Source of the DNA: Minisyncoccota bacterium
GTDB taxonomy: Bacteria; Patescibacteriota; Minisyncoccia; Phycocordibacterales; Phycocordibacteraceae
DNA length: 44,471 nucleotides
Assembly: GCA_036261925.1 (NCBI GenBank)
Contig: DATAJW010000032.1
Coordinates: 1 to 44,471 of the forward strand
Direction of reading: 5' to 3'
A program made the position numbers and the translations under genes. Each line of letters begins with the position of its first letter. The stretch's first letter is position 1. This document shows, one piece after another, positions 15,281 through 23,557 of the stretch. Under the pieces are notes generated by a model. The model was not told the origin of the DNA and ran no database searches. It was given only the letters and a program-made list of their open reading frames with translations.

Positions 15281-16307
15281 GCATGAAAGCGTCGCGCCAC
15301 GGCTCCGGATCCTCGGTCACCATGCCCGTGCCGCGCACGACCGCGGTCAGCGGCTCCGGCGCCACGTGCACCGGTACGCCGAGCATCTTCGAGAGGAGCT
15401 CCGGCAGGCCGCGCAGCAAGGCGCCGCCGCCGAAGACCGTGACGCCGCGCTCGAGCACGTCCGAGAGGAGCTCGGGCGGCGTCTGCTCGATGACATCCTT
15501 CATCGCTTCCATGAGCGCGTCGAGGGAGGGGCCGAGCGCCTCGCGCACGTGCGTATCGGTCAGGATGACCTCCCGCGGCAGGCCCGTCGCGAGATCGCGC
15601 CCGCGCACCGCGCGCTCGAGCGCGCTCTCGAGGGGCAGCACCGCGCCGATGGCTATCTTCGTCTCCTCTGCCGTCTTCTCGCCGACGCCGAGCTGGAACT
15701 CGCTCCGTATGAAATCCGTGATGGCTTCGTTGAAATGGTCGCCGGCGATATGCGAGCTCTTCGAGGACACCGTGCCGCCGAGCGCGAGCACCGAGATGTC
15801 CGTCGTGCCGCCGCCGATATCGAGCACCATCGTACCGATGGCTTCCGTGATAGGCAGCTTCGCGCCGATGGCGCCCGCCATCGGCTCTTCCAGTATGAAT
15901 ACCTCGCGCGCGCCCGCCGTGAGCGCCGCGTCGCGGACCGCGCGGCTCTCCACGTTCGTGACGCCGGTCGGCACGCCGACCACGACCCGGGGACCGAGCA
16001 GCCGCGAGCGCCCGCCCTGCGCCTTCCGGATGAGATACGCGAGGAACTCCTCCGTGACCTCGAAGTCCGATATCACGCCGCGCGCCAAGGGGCGCACGGT
16101 CCGGATATGCGGCGGCGTCTTGCCGAGCATGAGCTTCGCCTCCTTGCCGACCGCGACCATCTGGCCCGTCTTGTCGTTCACCGTCACCACCGTCGGCTCG
16201 TTCAGCACGATGCCGCGGCCGCGCACGTAGACGAGCGTATTGGCGGTACCCAGGTCGATGCCGATATCGCTCGAGAAGAGCGAGTTACGCGAGAACCGCT
16301 TAGCCAT
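15252..16307 (-). CDS. mreB: rod shape-determining protein MreB
   Basis: DIGIDLGTANTLVY, the actin-fold phosphate motifs and MVLDIGGGTTDISV. Start at MAKRF (16307); the track ORF over-extends to 16484. Confidence 0.95.
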   Translation of the reverse strand: MAKRFSRNSLFSSDIGIDLGTANTLVYVRGRGIVLNEPTVVTVNDKTGQMVAVGKEAKLMLGKTPPHIRTVRPLARGVISDFEVTEEFLAYLIRKAQGGRSRLLGPRVVVGVPTGVTNVESRAVRDAALTAGAREVFILEEPMAGAIGAKLPITEAIGTMVLDIGGGTTDISVLALGGTVSSKSSHIAGDHFNEAITDFIRSEFQLGVGEKTAEETKIAIGAVLPLESALERAVRGRDLATGLPREVILTDTHVREALGPSLDALMEAMKDVIEQTPPELLSDVLERGVTVFGGGALLRGLPELLSKMLGVPVHVAPEPLTAVVRGTGMVTEDPEPWRDAFMHEDAILAYA

Positions 16308-17574
16308 GATGCTGTTTCGCCGCCGCGCTCGCGAACGCGATGAGCTCGTCGCGGGTGATGAGCTTCGTCTCGCCCGTCTTGCGATAGGTGGATTCGATCG
16401 TGCCCGTCTCGAGCGTCTGCTTGCCGACGACCACGCGGCACGGGATGCCCATGAGGTCGGCGTCCGCGAGCTTCTCGCCGGCACGCAGGTCGCGGTCGTC
16501 GTAGAGCACCTCGACGCCCGCCTTCGTCAGGTCCTCGTAGAGCGCATCCGCGTACGCGACCGTCGCTGCGTCATTCGGAACGACCGACACCAGGTGCACC
16601 ATGAACGGCGCGACCGCTTCCGGCCAGACGATTCCCTTCTCGTCCGCAAGCGTCTCCACGAGGATACCGACCAAGCGCGTGACGCCGATGCCGTAGCTGC
16701 CCATGATGACCGGCTTCCGGTTCCCCTCCTCGTCCGTGAACAGGAGCCCGAGCGCCTCCGAGAACCGCGTGCCGAGATGGAAGATGTTGCCCGCTTCGAT
16801 GGCCTTCTTCTCGACGAGCTTCGCGCGGTCGAGACCGAGCTTGGCGAGCGTCTCGTCGTTCAGCACTTCCTTGTTGACCGCGACGCCGGTGGCTTCGTCT
16901 ATATGAATGAGGTCCTCGCCCGCCGCTGAGACCGTCTGGAATTCCTCGGAGAACTCGCTGAACACGCCGCCCGATGCGTACGCGATGTGCGTGATATCGC
17001 CGAGGCCGAGGCGCCCGAAGATGCGGACGTACGCTTCGCGCGCTGCCTGGTACTGCGCCTCGTGCTGCTCCTCGGTCGCCGCGAACGAGTACAGGTCCTT
17101 CATCGTGAACTCGCGCCCGCGCATGACCCCCGACTTCGCGCGCATCTCGTTACGGAACTTGTTCTGGAACTGGTATGCGAACACCGGCAGGTCGCGGTAC
17201 GAGGAAATATGGTCCGTCATCAGGCGCGTGAGCGGCTCCTCGTGCGTGATGGCGAGGCCGACTTCCCCGCCCGACTTGAGCGCGGTCTTGAACCAGTTGT
17301 CGACCTTGTCGTCGTCCCACCGGTCCGTTCGGCTCCAGAGCTCCTTATCCTGGAGCGCCGTGAGCATGAGCTCCTGGCCGCCGATGGCATTCATCTCCTG
17401 CCGGATGATGCGCTTGATGTTCTCGACGACGCGGAGGCCGAGCGGCAGGTACGAGTACACGCCCGCCATTTCCTTATGCACGAATCCGGCCCGGATGAGC
17501 AGCTGCGCGTTCTTCGCCTCCTCATCCGAAGGCGCCTCGCGCCTGGTCCTCGTGAAAAGCTGGCTCTGCCGCAT
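16300..17574 (-). CDS. proS: proline--tRNA ligase, bacterial-type core without the large INS editing domain
   Basis: Class II motif 2 (FRNEMRAKSGVMRGREFTMKDLYSF), motif 3 (GSYGIGVTR) and an anticodon-binding domain. Only about 135 aa separate motifs 2 and 3. Start at MRQSQLF with TATACT 9 nt upstream. Confidence 0.88.
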   Translation of the reverse strand: MRQSQLFTRTRREAPSDEEAKNAQLLIRAGFVHKEMAGVYSYLPLGLRVVENIKRIIRQEMNAIGGQELMLTALQDKELWSRTDRWDDDKVDNWFKTALKSGGEVGLAITHEEPLTRLMTDHISSYRDLPVFAYQFQNKFRNEMRAKSGVMRGREFTMKDLYSFAATEEQHEAQYQAAREAYVRIFGRLGLGDITHIAYASGGVFSEFSEEFQTVSAAGEDLIHIDEATGVAVNKEVLNDETLAKLGLDRAKLVEKKAIEAGNIFHLGTRFSEALGLLFTDEEGNRKPVIMGSYGIGVTRLVGILVETLADEKGIVWPEAVAPFMVHLVSVVPNDAATVAYADALYEDLTKAGVEVLYDDRDLRAGEKLADADLMGIPCRVVVGKQTLETGTIESTYRKTGETKLITRDELIAFASAAAKQHHG

Positions 17575-17710
17575 AGTCCCACCAGTATACGCTTCATATT
17601 TCACAGGGCAAAAGCGCTTATATTCGCCTGACTTCAGTTAAATTCTGTGTCGGCGATGCTCGTCCCCCGGCATGAGCTAAACACTGCGGTCATTGCTGCC
17701 GTGATGCTGA

Positions 17711-18811
17711 TTACCCGATCAGTTTTAGGATGTCGCTTCCGGTTACGACGAGCATCAGGAGGATGAGGAAGATGAATCCGATGCCGTTGAGCGCGTTGGC
17801 GAACGCCGGCTTTATCGGGCGGCGGACGAGCGCCTCGACGAGGACGAACAGGAGGCGGCCGCCATCGAGCGCCGGTATCGGCAGCACGTTGATGAGCGCG
17901 AGGTTTATGGAAATGAGCGCCGTGATGGTCATGAGCGGCGCGAGTCCGTTCTCCGACGCGACGCCCACCGCGCCCGCGATGCCGACCGGGCCCGATACTT
18001 GCGAGAGGTCCGCGGAAAGCGTGAAGACGCTCGCGAAGAAGCCGACGAGCGCGATGGCGGTCGACTTCGTGACTTCCCAGGTGATGAGCGCGCCTTCTAC
18101 GGGCGCTTCGTACCAGGCGACCTCCACCGTGCCGACGGGCGCAAGCTGCACCCCGAGCGCCGTGCGCTCCGGATCGCCCGGCAGGAATCCCGACTCCGGA
18201 GCGACGATAGCCTGGCGTTCTTCGCCTGCCTGATCGAGGAGCGTGACCGCAAGCGGCGTACCCGCCTCGTGCTCCTGCACGAATGCGGTGAAGAGCGCGG
18301 GATCCGCGCCTTCGTAGCTGCCGCCCGGCCCCTCGATGCGCACGATGGTATCGCCGCTCGCGAGACCGCTGTCGGCTGCAGGCGAATCAGGGAGCACGCC
18401 CGCGACCATGAGCACCGCATCAGGCGCGGTCGCGAGTTCCTCCTCGGACAGCGCCCGCGGCGTGCCCATGGCAAGCGTCGCCGAGATGAGGATATACGCG
18501 AACAGGAGATTCATCACGATGCCGGCGAGCAGCACCAGCGCCTGCTGGACTCGAGGCTTCGACGTGAACGAGCGCGGCGCGGGCTCCCTGCCCTCCTCCG
18601 GGTCCTCGCCGAATATCTTCACGAACCCGCCGAACGGAAGCAGGTTCAGCGTGTACTCCGTCTCGCCGACCTGCGTTCCCCAGAGCTTCGGCGGATACCC
18701 GATGCCGAACTCCTCCACCCTCATGCCGAACGCCTTCGCCGCAACGAAGTGGCCGAACTCATGCACGAGGATGAGCGCGACGAGAACCAGTATGAATATG
18801 ACGACGGTCAT
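17711..18811 (-). CDS. rseP: RIP metalloprotease RseP (M50, site-2 protease)
   Basis: HEFGHF zinc motif in TM1, a central PDZ-like region, and the C-terminal NxxPxxxLDGG motif (NVLPIPALDGG). Confidence 0.9.
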   Translation of the reverse strand: MTVVIFILVLVALILVHEFGHFVAAKAFGMRVEEFGIGYPPKLWGTQVGETEYTLNLLPFGGFVKIFGEDPEEGREPAPRSFTSKPRVQQALVLLAGIVMNLLFAYILISATLAMGTPRALSEEELATAPDAVLMVAGVLPDSPAADSGLASGDTIVRIEGPGGSYEGADPALFTAFVQEHEAGTPLAVTLLDQAGEERQAIVAPESGFLPGDPERTALGVQLAPVGTVEVAWYEAPVEGALITWEVTKSTAIALVGFFASVFTLSADLSQVSGPVGIAGAVGVASENGLAPLMTITALISINLALINVLPIPALDGGRLLFVLVEALVRRPIKPAFANALNGIGFIFLILLMLVVTGSDILKLIG

Positions 18812-18814
18812 GTA

Positions 18815-19366
18815 TTAGAGGGCGATCTCCGTCTCCTTCTTCTTGAGGAGCGCCTCGAGCGCCTCGACGCCCGCGTCTATCTTCTTCTGGACCTCGTCCT
18901 TGTAGCGCTTCAGGTCATCCTGGCTCATGCCGCCCTCTTTCTCCGCGGCCTCGAGGTCCTTGATGGCGTCCGTGCGATGCCCGCGCAGCGTGATGCGCGC
19001 CTGCTCGAGCTTATCCTTCGCGACCTTCATGAGCATCGTGCGGCGCTCGGCGGTCAATTCCGGGAACGTGACGCGCAAACCGACATCGTCGGCACCCACG
19101 CCGACGCCGAGGTCCGCTTCCGCGATGGCGCGCTCGATATCCTTCGAGACCGACTTGTCCCACGGGACGATGCGCAGCGTGCGCGCGTCCTCGACCGCGA
19201 CGTTCGCGACCTGGTTGATGGGCGTGCGGGCGCCGTAGATCTCGGGCTTCACGCCGTCGAGGATAGCGGGTGTCGCGCGTCCGGTACGGACGGTCGAGAG
19301 CTCGCGGACGAGCCACTCTTCGGTCTCTTTCACGTTCGCGGTCAGTTTCGAGAAGTCGTAAGCCAT
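18815..19366 (-). CDS. frr: ribosome recycling factor
   Basis: Full-length RRF pattern (VRTGRATPAILDGV ... LRVTFPELTAERR ... DEVQK). Confidence 0.95.
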   Translation of the reverse strand: MAYDFSKLTANVKETEEWLVRELSTVRTGRATPAILDGVKPEIYGARTPINQVANVAVEDARTLRIVPWDKSVSKDIERAIAEADLGVGVGADDVGLRVTFPELTAERRTMLMKVAKDKLEQARITLRGHRTDAIKDLEAAEKEGGMSQDDLKRYKDEVQKKIDAGVEALEALLKKKETEIAL

Positions 19367-19373
19367 AGTCCCC

Positions 19374-20090
19374 CTATCCTACCAAATCCACGGGCGTTAC
19401 GAGAATGAGATGCTCGAACACCAGCTTCAGCGGCGCCGACCGCTCATGCATGATCGGCGCCAGGCGGTTCAGCTCCCCTAACAGGAGCGCTAGCTCCTCT
19501 CTTATTTGGGATTTGGTGCTTGGTGCTTGGTGCTTGCCGTATGCGGCGCGCATCAAGTCTTCGACGATACGCAACGCTTCGGCTCTCGCTGCCTGCTTCT
19601 CCTCGTCCTTCTCCGACTTCGATCGCGCGAGGAGCTTCGCGGCCAGCTTCTCCCGCTCGTCCCTGCTCGCCCCCACGAACGCATGGTATGCCGAGCTCCT
19701 GCCTGCTGCCTGCTGCCTGCTGCCTGCTTCTTCCGGAAGCCGCATGAGGCGCGAGCGCATCGTCGGAAGCAGGTCGCCCTCGGCGGGAACGGCGAGGATG
19801 AGGGTTACGCGCGCGGGCGGCTCCTCGAATATCTTGAGGAGCGCGTTCTGCGCCTCGTGGAATATGCGGCTCGCGGCGATGATGATGAGCTTGTGCTCGC
19901 CTGCGAGCGGCCCCTGCGCGGCGAACGTGCCGATACGGCGGGCATCGGCGACCGGGAAGGATTCGTAGCGGAAGGCCGCGATATCGGGATGCGCGCGGCG
20001 CGGGAGGCCGAGCGATTCCTCGCCATAGGCATACGCGGCCTCGATACCGGCATCGATATTCCCGTAGACGACGTACGCGTGATGCTTCAT
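19374..20090 (-). CDS. holB: DNA polymerase III delta-prime-like subunit (short form)
   Basis: AAA+-like core with ...AQNALLKIFEEPP... and TMRSRL (sensor region). Only 238 aa. TAGACT lies 6 nt upstream of the ATG. Confidence 0.72.
   Translation of the reverse strand: MKHHAYVVYGNIDAGIEAAYAYGEESLGLPRRAHPDIAAFRYESFPVADARRIGTFAAQGPLAGEHKLIIIAASRIFHEAQNALLKIFEEPPARVTLILAVPAEGDLLPTMRSRLMRLPEEAGSRQQAAGRSSAYHAFVGASRDEREKLAAKLLARSKSEKDEEKQAARAEALRIVEDLMRAAYGKHQAPSTKSQIREELALLLGELNRLAPIMHERSAPLKLVFEHLILVTPVDLVG
19515..19535. repeat. (GGTGCTT)x3 heptanucleotide tandem repeat inside holB
   Basis: Three perfect contiguous copies, read directly from the sequence. Confidence 0.95.
19701..19728. repeat. 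(GCCTGCT)x4 heptanucleotide tandem repeat inside holB
   Basis: Four perfect contiguous copies, read directly from the sequence. Confidence 0.95.
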
Positions 20091-20186
20091 GCCTCCAGTC
20101 TAGCCTCTCCCCCTCCGCTCTTCCAATTTCATGGAGCGCTCATGCGCCTGCGCTAGACTGTACCTATACTCGCTCATCCCATCCGC

Positions 20187-20660
20187 ATGCAGACCAAGTA
20201 CCTCGTTGCCGTCGTTCTCATCGTCGCCGCCCTCCTCGGCATCATCGCCTACGTCGCGTTCGCGGTGCGGGGGCGGCCGGCGATGGATGCCGAGAGCGCG
20301 CGACCGGCAGCCGAAACGCCAGCGAACGGCGAACCTGCGACCCTCGGCGAGGCGGCCATCGAGGCCGATATCGTCGGCACCTGGCGCAGCCGGGACGATG
20401 CTAAGTTCACGCGCGTGTTCACGGAGGACGGCGCGGTCATCGACCGGTACGAGGGCGATGCCGACGCGACGGTGACCGGCAGCTGGACGACCGTGACCGA
20501 TACGGACGGCCTGCCCTTCGAGGCCGATAGGGACATGACCGTGCTGCAGGTCGCCTTTCCCGAAGAGCGCCTGTTCTTCGGCGTGACCGAGCTCACCCCG
20601 ACCTCGCTCGAGATGCTCTATCTCGGCGGCAACGGCATCCTCCGCTTCGAGCGCATATAA
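20187..20660 (+). CDS. hypothetical membrane-anchored protein (157 aa)
   Basis: N-terminal TM helix (YLVAVVLIVAALLGIIAYVAFAV) and a beta-rich exported domain. TATACT lies 16 nt upstream and a strong terminator lies downstream. Confidence 0.6.
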   Translation: MQTKYLVAVVLIVAALLGIIAYVAFAVRGRPAMDAESARPAAETPANGEPATLGEAAIEADIVGTWRSRDDAKFTRVFTEDGAVIDRYEGDADATVTGSWTTVTDTDGLPFEADRDMTVLQVAFPEERLFFGVTELTPTSLEMLYLGGNGILRFERI

Positions 20661-20671
20661 GCACTCGAATG

Positions 20672-20707
20672 TGTCACGAGAGCCCGCACCTGCGGGCTCT
20701 CGTGACA
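20672..20707 (+). terminator. 17-bp perfect hairpin terminator
   Basis: TGTCACGAGAGCCCGCA / CC / TGCGGGCTCTCGTGACA. The following T-run is weak, and the next promoter abuts it. Confidence 0.6.
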
Positions 20708-20736
20708 TTGACAATCTACGTCTTTAGGTGTATTAT
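20708..20736 (+). promoter_or_regulatory. near-consensus sigma70 promoter TTGACA-17-TATTAT
   Basis: TTGACA 20708-20713, 17-nt spacer, TATTAT 20731-20736, about 50 nt upstream of the 20789 ATG. Confidence 0.7.
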
Positions 20737-20788
20737 ATATTCAGCCGCGTGCGGCATCGTGTCGCCATAACCTTTAGGGGAATCGCCA

Positions 20789-21652
20789 ATGCGCTCTCGC
20801 GCGCTGATCCTTTCAACCATCTTCGCCGTCCCGACGCTGGCCGCCACCGCAGCCTTCGCGCAGGCGACCTACCCCGACCCTGCCGACAAGCGCGCCGTGG
20901 ACGCCATCGACCTTCATGCACCGGGCAATCCGGAAGGACCGGAGCGCCCCGAAGCCGTTTCCGGCTATACGTACGCCAGGTACGCGGAAGCCACGGCGAG
21001 CGCCGCAGGTCTCGCCCAGGCAGCGGGCGGCGGGCACGATGCTCCGCAAGCAATCGGGCCTGAAGCCGGGCGTTCCGCAAACGCGAGCGTCACGCTCGCG
21101 TCCGGACGGGTCTTCGCCGACCAAGGCTATACCGTGACGGACAACCCGGTCGTCGAATTCGACTTCACCGTCGAATACGAAGGCTGGAGCTTCAACCTCT
21201 GGCATGCCGAGTCCCTGTCGGGCGAGCGCTTCGCGCGCGAGACCGACCTGACGCTCGGCAAGGAGTTCGAAGCGGGGCCGTTCACCGGCTTCGTCCAAGG
21301 CGCTTACTTCATCGTCCCCGGGAACGATATTCCCGAGGCGATGGCCGGCCTTCGCTATCCGCTCTCCGATGCCTGTTCCCTCACCGGTTCGTACGAGGCG
21401 ATGTGGGGCGGCTTCAAGACGCGAGTGACGAAGGTCGAGCTGTCGTGCGACCTGCCCGTGAGCGAGCGCGCCACGCTCTCGCTCGCTCCGGCAGCCGCGC
21501 ACGATACCGATGCCGGCCGCATCGCGCTCGGCGGCACCGTCGAAGCGACGTACGCCGTCAGCGGCGATATCGCCATCGGCGCGTTCGTCACCGGCTACGC
21601 GAGCAAGGAATCCGACGCCATCGTCGGCATCCGCGTCTCGCGCGGCTTCTAG
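20789..21652 (+). CDS. secreted protein with outer-membrane beta-barrel-like features
   Basis: Sec signal peptide (…LAATAAFA-QA), alternating-hydrophobicity strands in the C-terminal 200 aa, and a terminal ...GIRVSRGF ending in Phe. It resembles the proteobacterial TIGR02001-type OMP pattern; this is from memory and not searched. Confidence 0.55.
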   Translation: MRSRALILSTIFAVPTLAATAAFAQATYPDPADKRAVDAIDLHAPGNPEGPERPEAVSGYTYARYAEATASAAGLAQAAGGGHDAPQAIGPEAGRSANASVTLASGRVFADQGYTVTDNPVVEFDFTVEYEGWSFNLWHAESLSGERFARETDLTLGKEFEAGPFTGFVQGAYFIVPGNDIPEAMAGLRYPLSDACSLTGSYEAMWGGFKTRVTKVELSCDLPVSERATLSLAPAAAHDTDAGRIALGGTVEATYAVSGDIAIGAFVTGYASKESDAIVGIRVSRGF

Positions 21653-21660
21653 GAAACCCT

Positions 21661-21693
21661 GGGCCCTCTGCATCCGTGCGGAGGGCCCTTTCT
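21661..21693 (+). terminator. intrinsic terminator
   Basis: GGGCCCTC (21661-21668) / 12-nt loop / GAGGGCCC (21681-21688) followed by TTTCT. Confidence 0.6.
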
Positions 21694-21814
21694 ATGCGCA
21701 CCCGTCGCGATTGACGCTGCGCGCGGCAGGCACATACTGATTGCAGAAAAGGATCAGGCCGGTTCCTTGCCCCTCGCCAGGGACCCGGATGCCTTGCCCA
21801 CATGGAGGTGCCCT

Positions 21815-22285
21815 ATGCGTGCTATCGCTCTTTTGATCGCGATGTCCGTATCCGCTCTTGGCGCGCCTTCTAACGCCCAAGAGCTCTCGCCCGGCCTCTC
21901 GGCCACGCTGCTCGCGAAGGACTTCAGCCTTTCCGCCAAACCGTACGTCTCGCCGCTCAACCGGCCTATCGAGCCCCCGCTCGTCCTCGGGAAGTACGCG
22001 GTCCGTGCCTATGCGGTACGGACGCTCGACTTCTACGAGCCCGAGGGCTCGCGCGACGGCGACCCCGTCCTCGGCTTCGAGTTCGGTCCGCGCGACGAAC
22101 GGAAGCCATGGATACTGACCGCGGCCATCGCGCTGCGCGACAACGACGCGCTGCCTATCAACGAGCGCTACGCGCTCACCGCCGAGGTCGAGGACAACTC
22201 CATCGAGTTCGGCGGCCTGAAGGTCCGTTTCAAGGAGGCCAAGATCGGCTTCAAGCTGAAGTTCGGCCCGAACGCCGGCAACTAG
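21815..22285 (+). CDS. hypothetical secreted protein (156 aa)
   Basis: GGAGG SD 7 nt before the ATG at 21815 and a signal peptide MRAIALLIAMSVSALGAPSNA-QE. The track ORF opens at 21767. Confidence 0.6.
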   Translation: MRAIALLIAMSVSALGAPSNAQELSPGLSATLLAKDFSLSAKPYVSPLNRPIEPPLVLGKYAVRAYAVRTLDFYEPEGSRDGDPVLGFEFGPRDERKPWILTAAIALRDNDALPINERYALTAEVEDNSIEFGGLKVRFKEAKIGFKLKFGPNAGN

Positions 22286-22292
22286 AGACTCC

Positions 22293-22325
22293 AGGGGTCC
22301 GCTCACGCGGACCCCTCTTCGCATT
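22293..22325 (+). terminator. intrinsic terminator
   Basis: AGGGGTCCGC / TCAC / GCGGACCCCT followed by CTTCGCATTTC. Confidence 0.6.
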
Positions 22326-22399
22326 TCGCAACTATGGAGCGAGCTGGTGAATCTAACCCGTTACGGTACTCCAGGGTTGAGATTCGCTAGCGAGCGGAA

Positions 22400-23413
22400 T
22401 CACTTCTTGCTGATGATGCTCTTCTTGTACGAATCCAGGTGACGCAGCGCCACCCCCGTTCCCCGCGCCACGCAGAAGTATGCCTCGTCCGCGAGTTTCG
22501 CCTCCACGCCCGTGCGGCGATAGACGAGCTCCGGGAGGTGCCGCAGCTGCGACGTGCCGCCCGTGAGGATGATGCCGTTGTCGATGATGTCCGACGCGAG
22601 CTCCGGCGGCGTGTCCTGGAGCACCTTGCGTATCGCGTTCATCATGTCGCGCAGTTCGCGGTTCATCGCCTGCACGATCTCGTTCGTCCGCAGCTCCACG
22701 GTGCGCGGCAGTCCCGACACCAGGTCCCGCCCCTTTACCTGCATCGCGAGCTCTTCCGCGACCGGCACCGCCGAGCCGATGGTTATCTTTATCTCCTCTG
22801 CCGTCTTGTCGCCGATAGCGAGGTTGTACTGCTTCTTGAGGTAGTCGATGACGGCCCGGTCGAGCTTCGTGCCCGCCACCTTCACCGAGGTCGATGCGAC
22901 GATGCCGCCGAGCGAGATCACGGCGACGTCGATGGTACCGCCGCCGATATCCGCGATCATGCGGCCGAGCGCTTCCTGTATCGGGATGCCCGCGCCGATG
23001 GCGGCGAGTATCGGCTCCTTCACGACGAACGCGTCCGCGGCGCCCGCCTTCACCGCCGCCTCGATGACCGCGCGCTTCTCCGTCGAGGTCACCCCCGCAG
23101 GCACCGACACCAGCACCACCGGCTTGAGCAGGTTCCACCTGCCGAGCGCCTTGCGGATGAAATAGCGGAGCATCGCCTCGGTCACGCGATAGTCCGCGAT
23201 GACGCCGTCCTTCATCGGGCGGTACGCGATGATGGAATCCGGCGTGCGGCCGATCATCGCCTTCGCCTCGACGCCGATGGCGAGCACGCGGTTGTTCTCC
23301 GTCGATACCGCCACCACGGACGGCTCGTTCAGCACCACGCCCTTCCCAGGCACGAACACCAGCACATTGGTCGTGCCGAGGTCGATGCCGAGACGGGGTG
23401 AGAGCGAGGCCAT
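22400..23413 (-). CDS. second MreB/Mbl-family actin homolog
   Basis: LGIDLGTTNVLVF, MIADIGGGTIDVAV and a complete actin fold. It is clearly a paralog of the mreB at 15252-16307. TATGAT lies 11 nt upstream of the ATG. Confidence 0.9.
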   Translation of the reverse strand: MASLSPRLGIDLGTTNVLVFVPGKGVVLNEPSVVAVSTENNRVLAIGVEAKAMIGRTPDSIIAYRPMKDGVIADYRVTEAMLRYFIRKALGRWNLLKPVVLVSVPAGVTSTEKRAVIEAAVKAGAADAFVVKEPILAAIGAGIPIQEALGRMIADIGGGTIDVAVISLGGIVASTSVKVAGTKLDRAVIDYLKKQYNLAIGDKTAEEIKITIGSAVPVAEELAMQVKGRDLVSGLPRTVELRTNEIVQAMNRELRDMMNAIRKVLQDTPPELASDIIDNGIILTGGTSQLRHLPELVYRRTGVEAKLADEAYFCVARGTGVALRHLDSYKKSIISKK

Positions 23414-23477
23414 AGAGCCCGCGTATCATACCGCGCCTGCCGGAATCCCTCAAAAAAGTGGACAATCGCCTACCTTG

Positions 23478-23502
23478 CTCATCAAGGTCCGTCCTTGATG
23501 AG
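23478..23502. promoter_or_regulatory. perfect 10-5-10 palindrome between divergent mreB2 and murA
   Basis: CTCATCAAGG-TCCGT-CCTTGATGAG, centred about 60-70 nt upstream of both putative -10 elements. Confidence 0.35.
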
Positions 23503-23557
23503 AGAGATCGCGCGGCGCCATACCATATGCGTCTCCGTGGGGTACAATGCACCCACT

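Noticed and set aside
19500-19735. A CRISPR array or other spacer-repeat structure.
   Set aside because: The only tandem repeats in the window are contiguous 7-nt units without spacers, lying inside a coding region. No direct repeats of 24-40 nt with unique spacers were seen anywhere.
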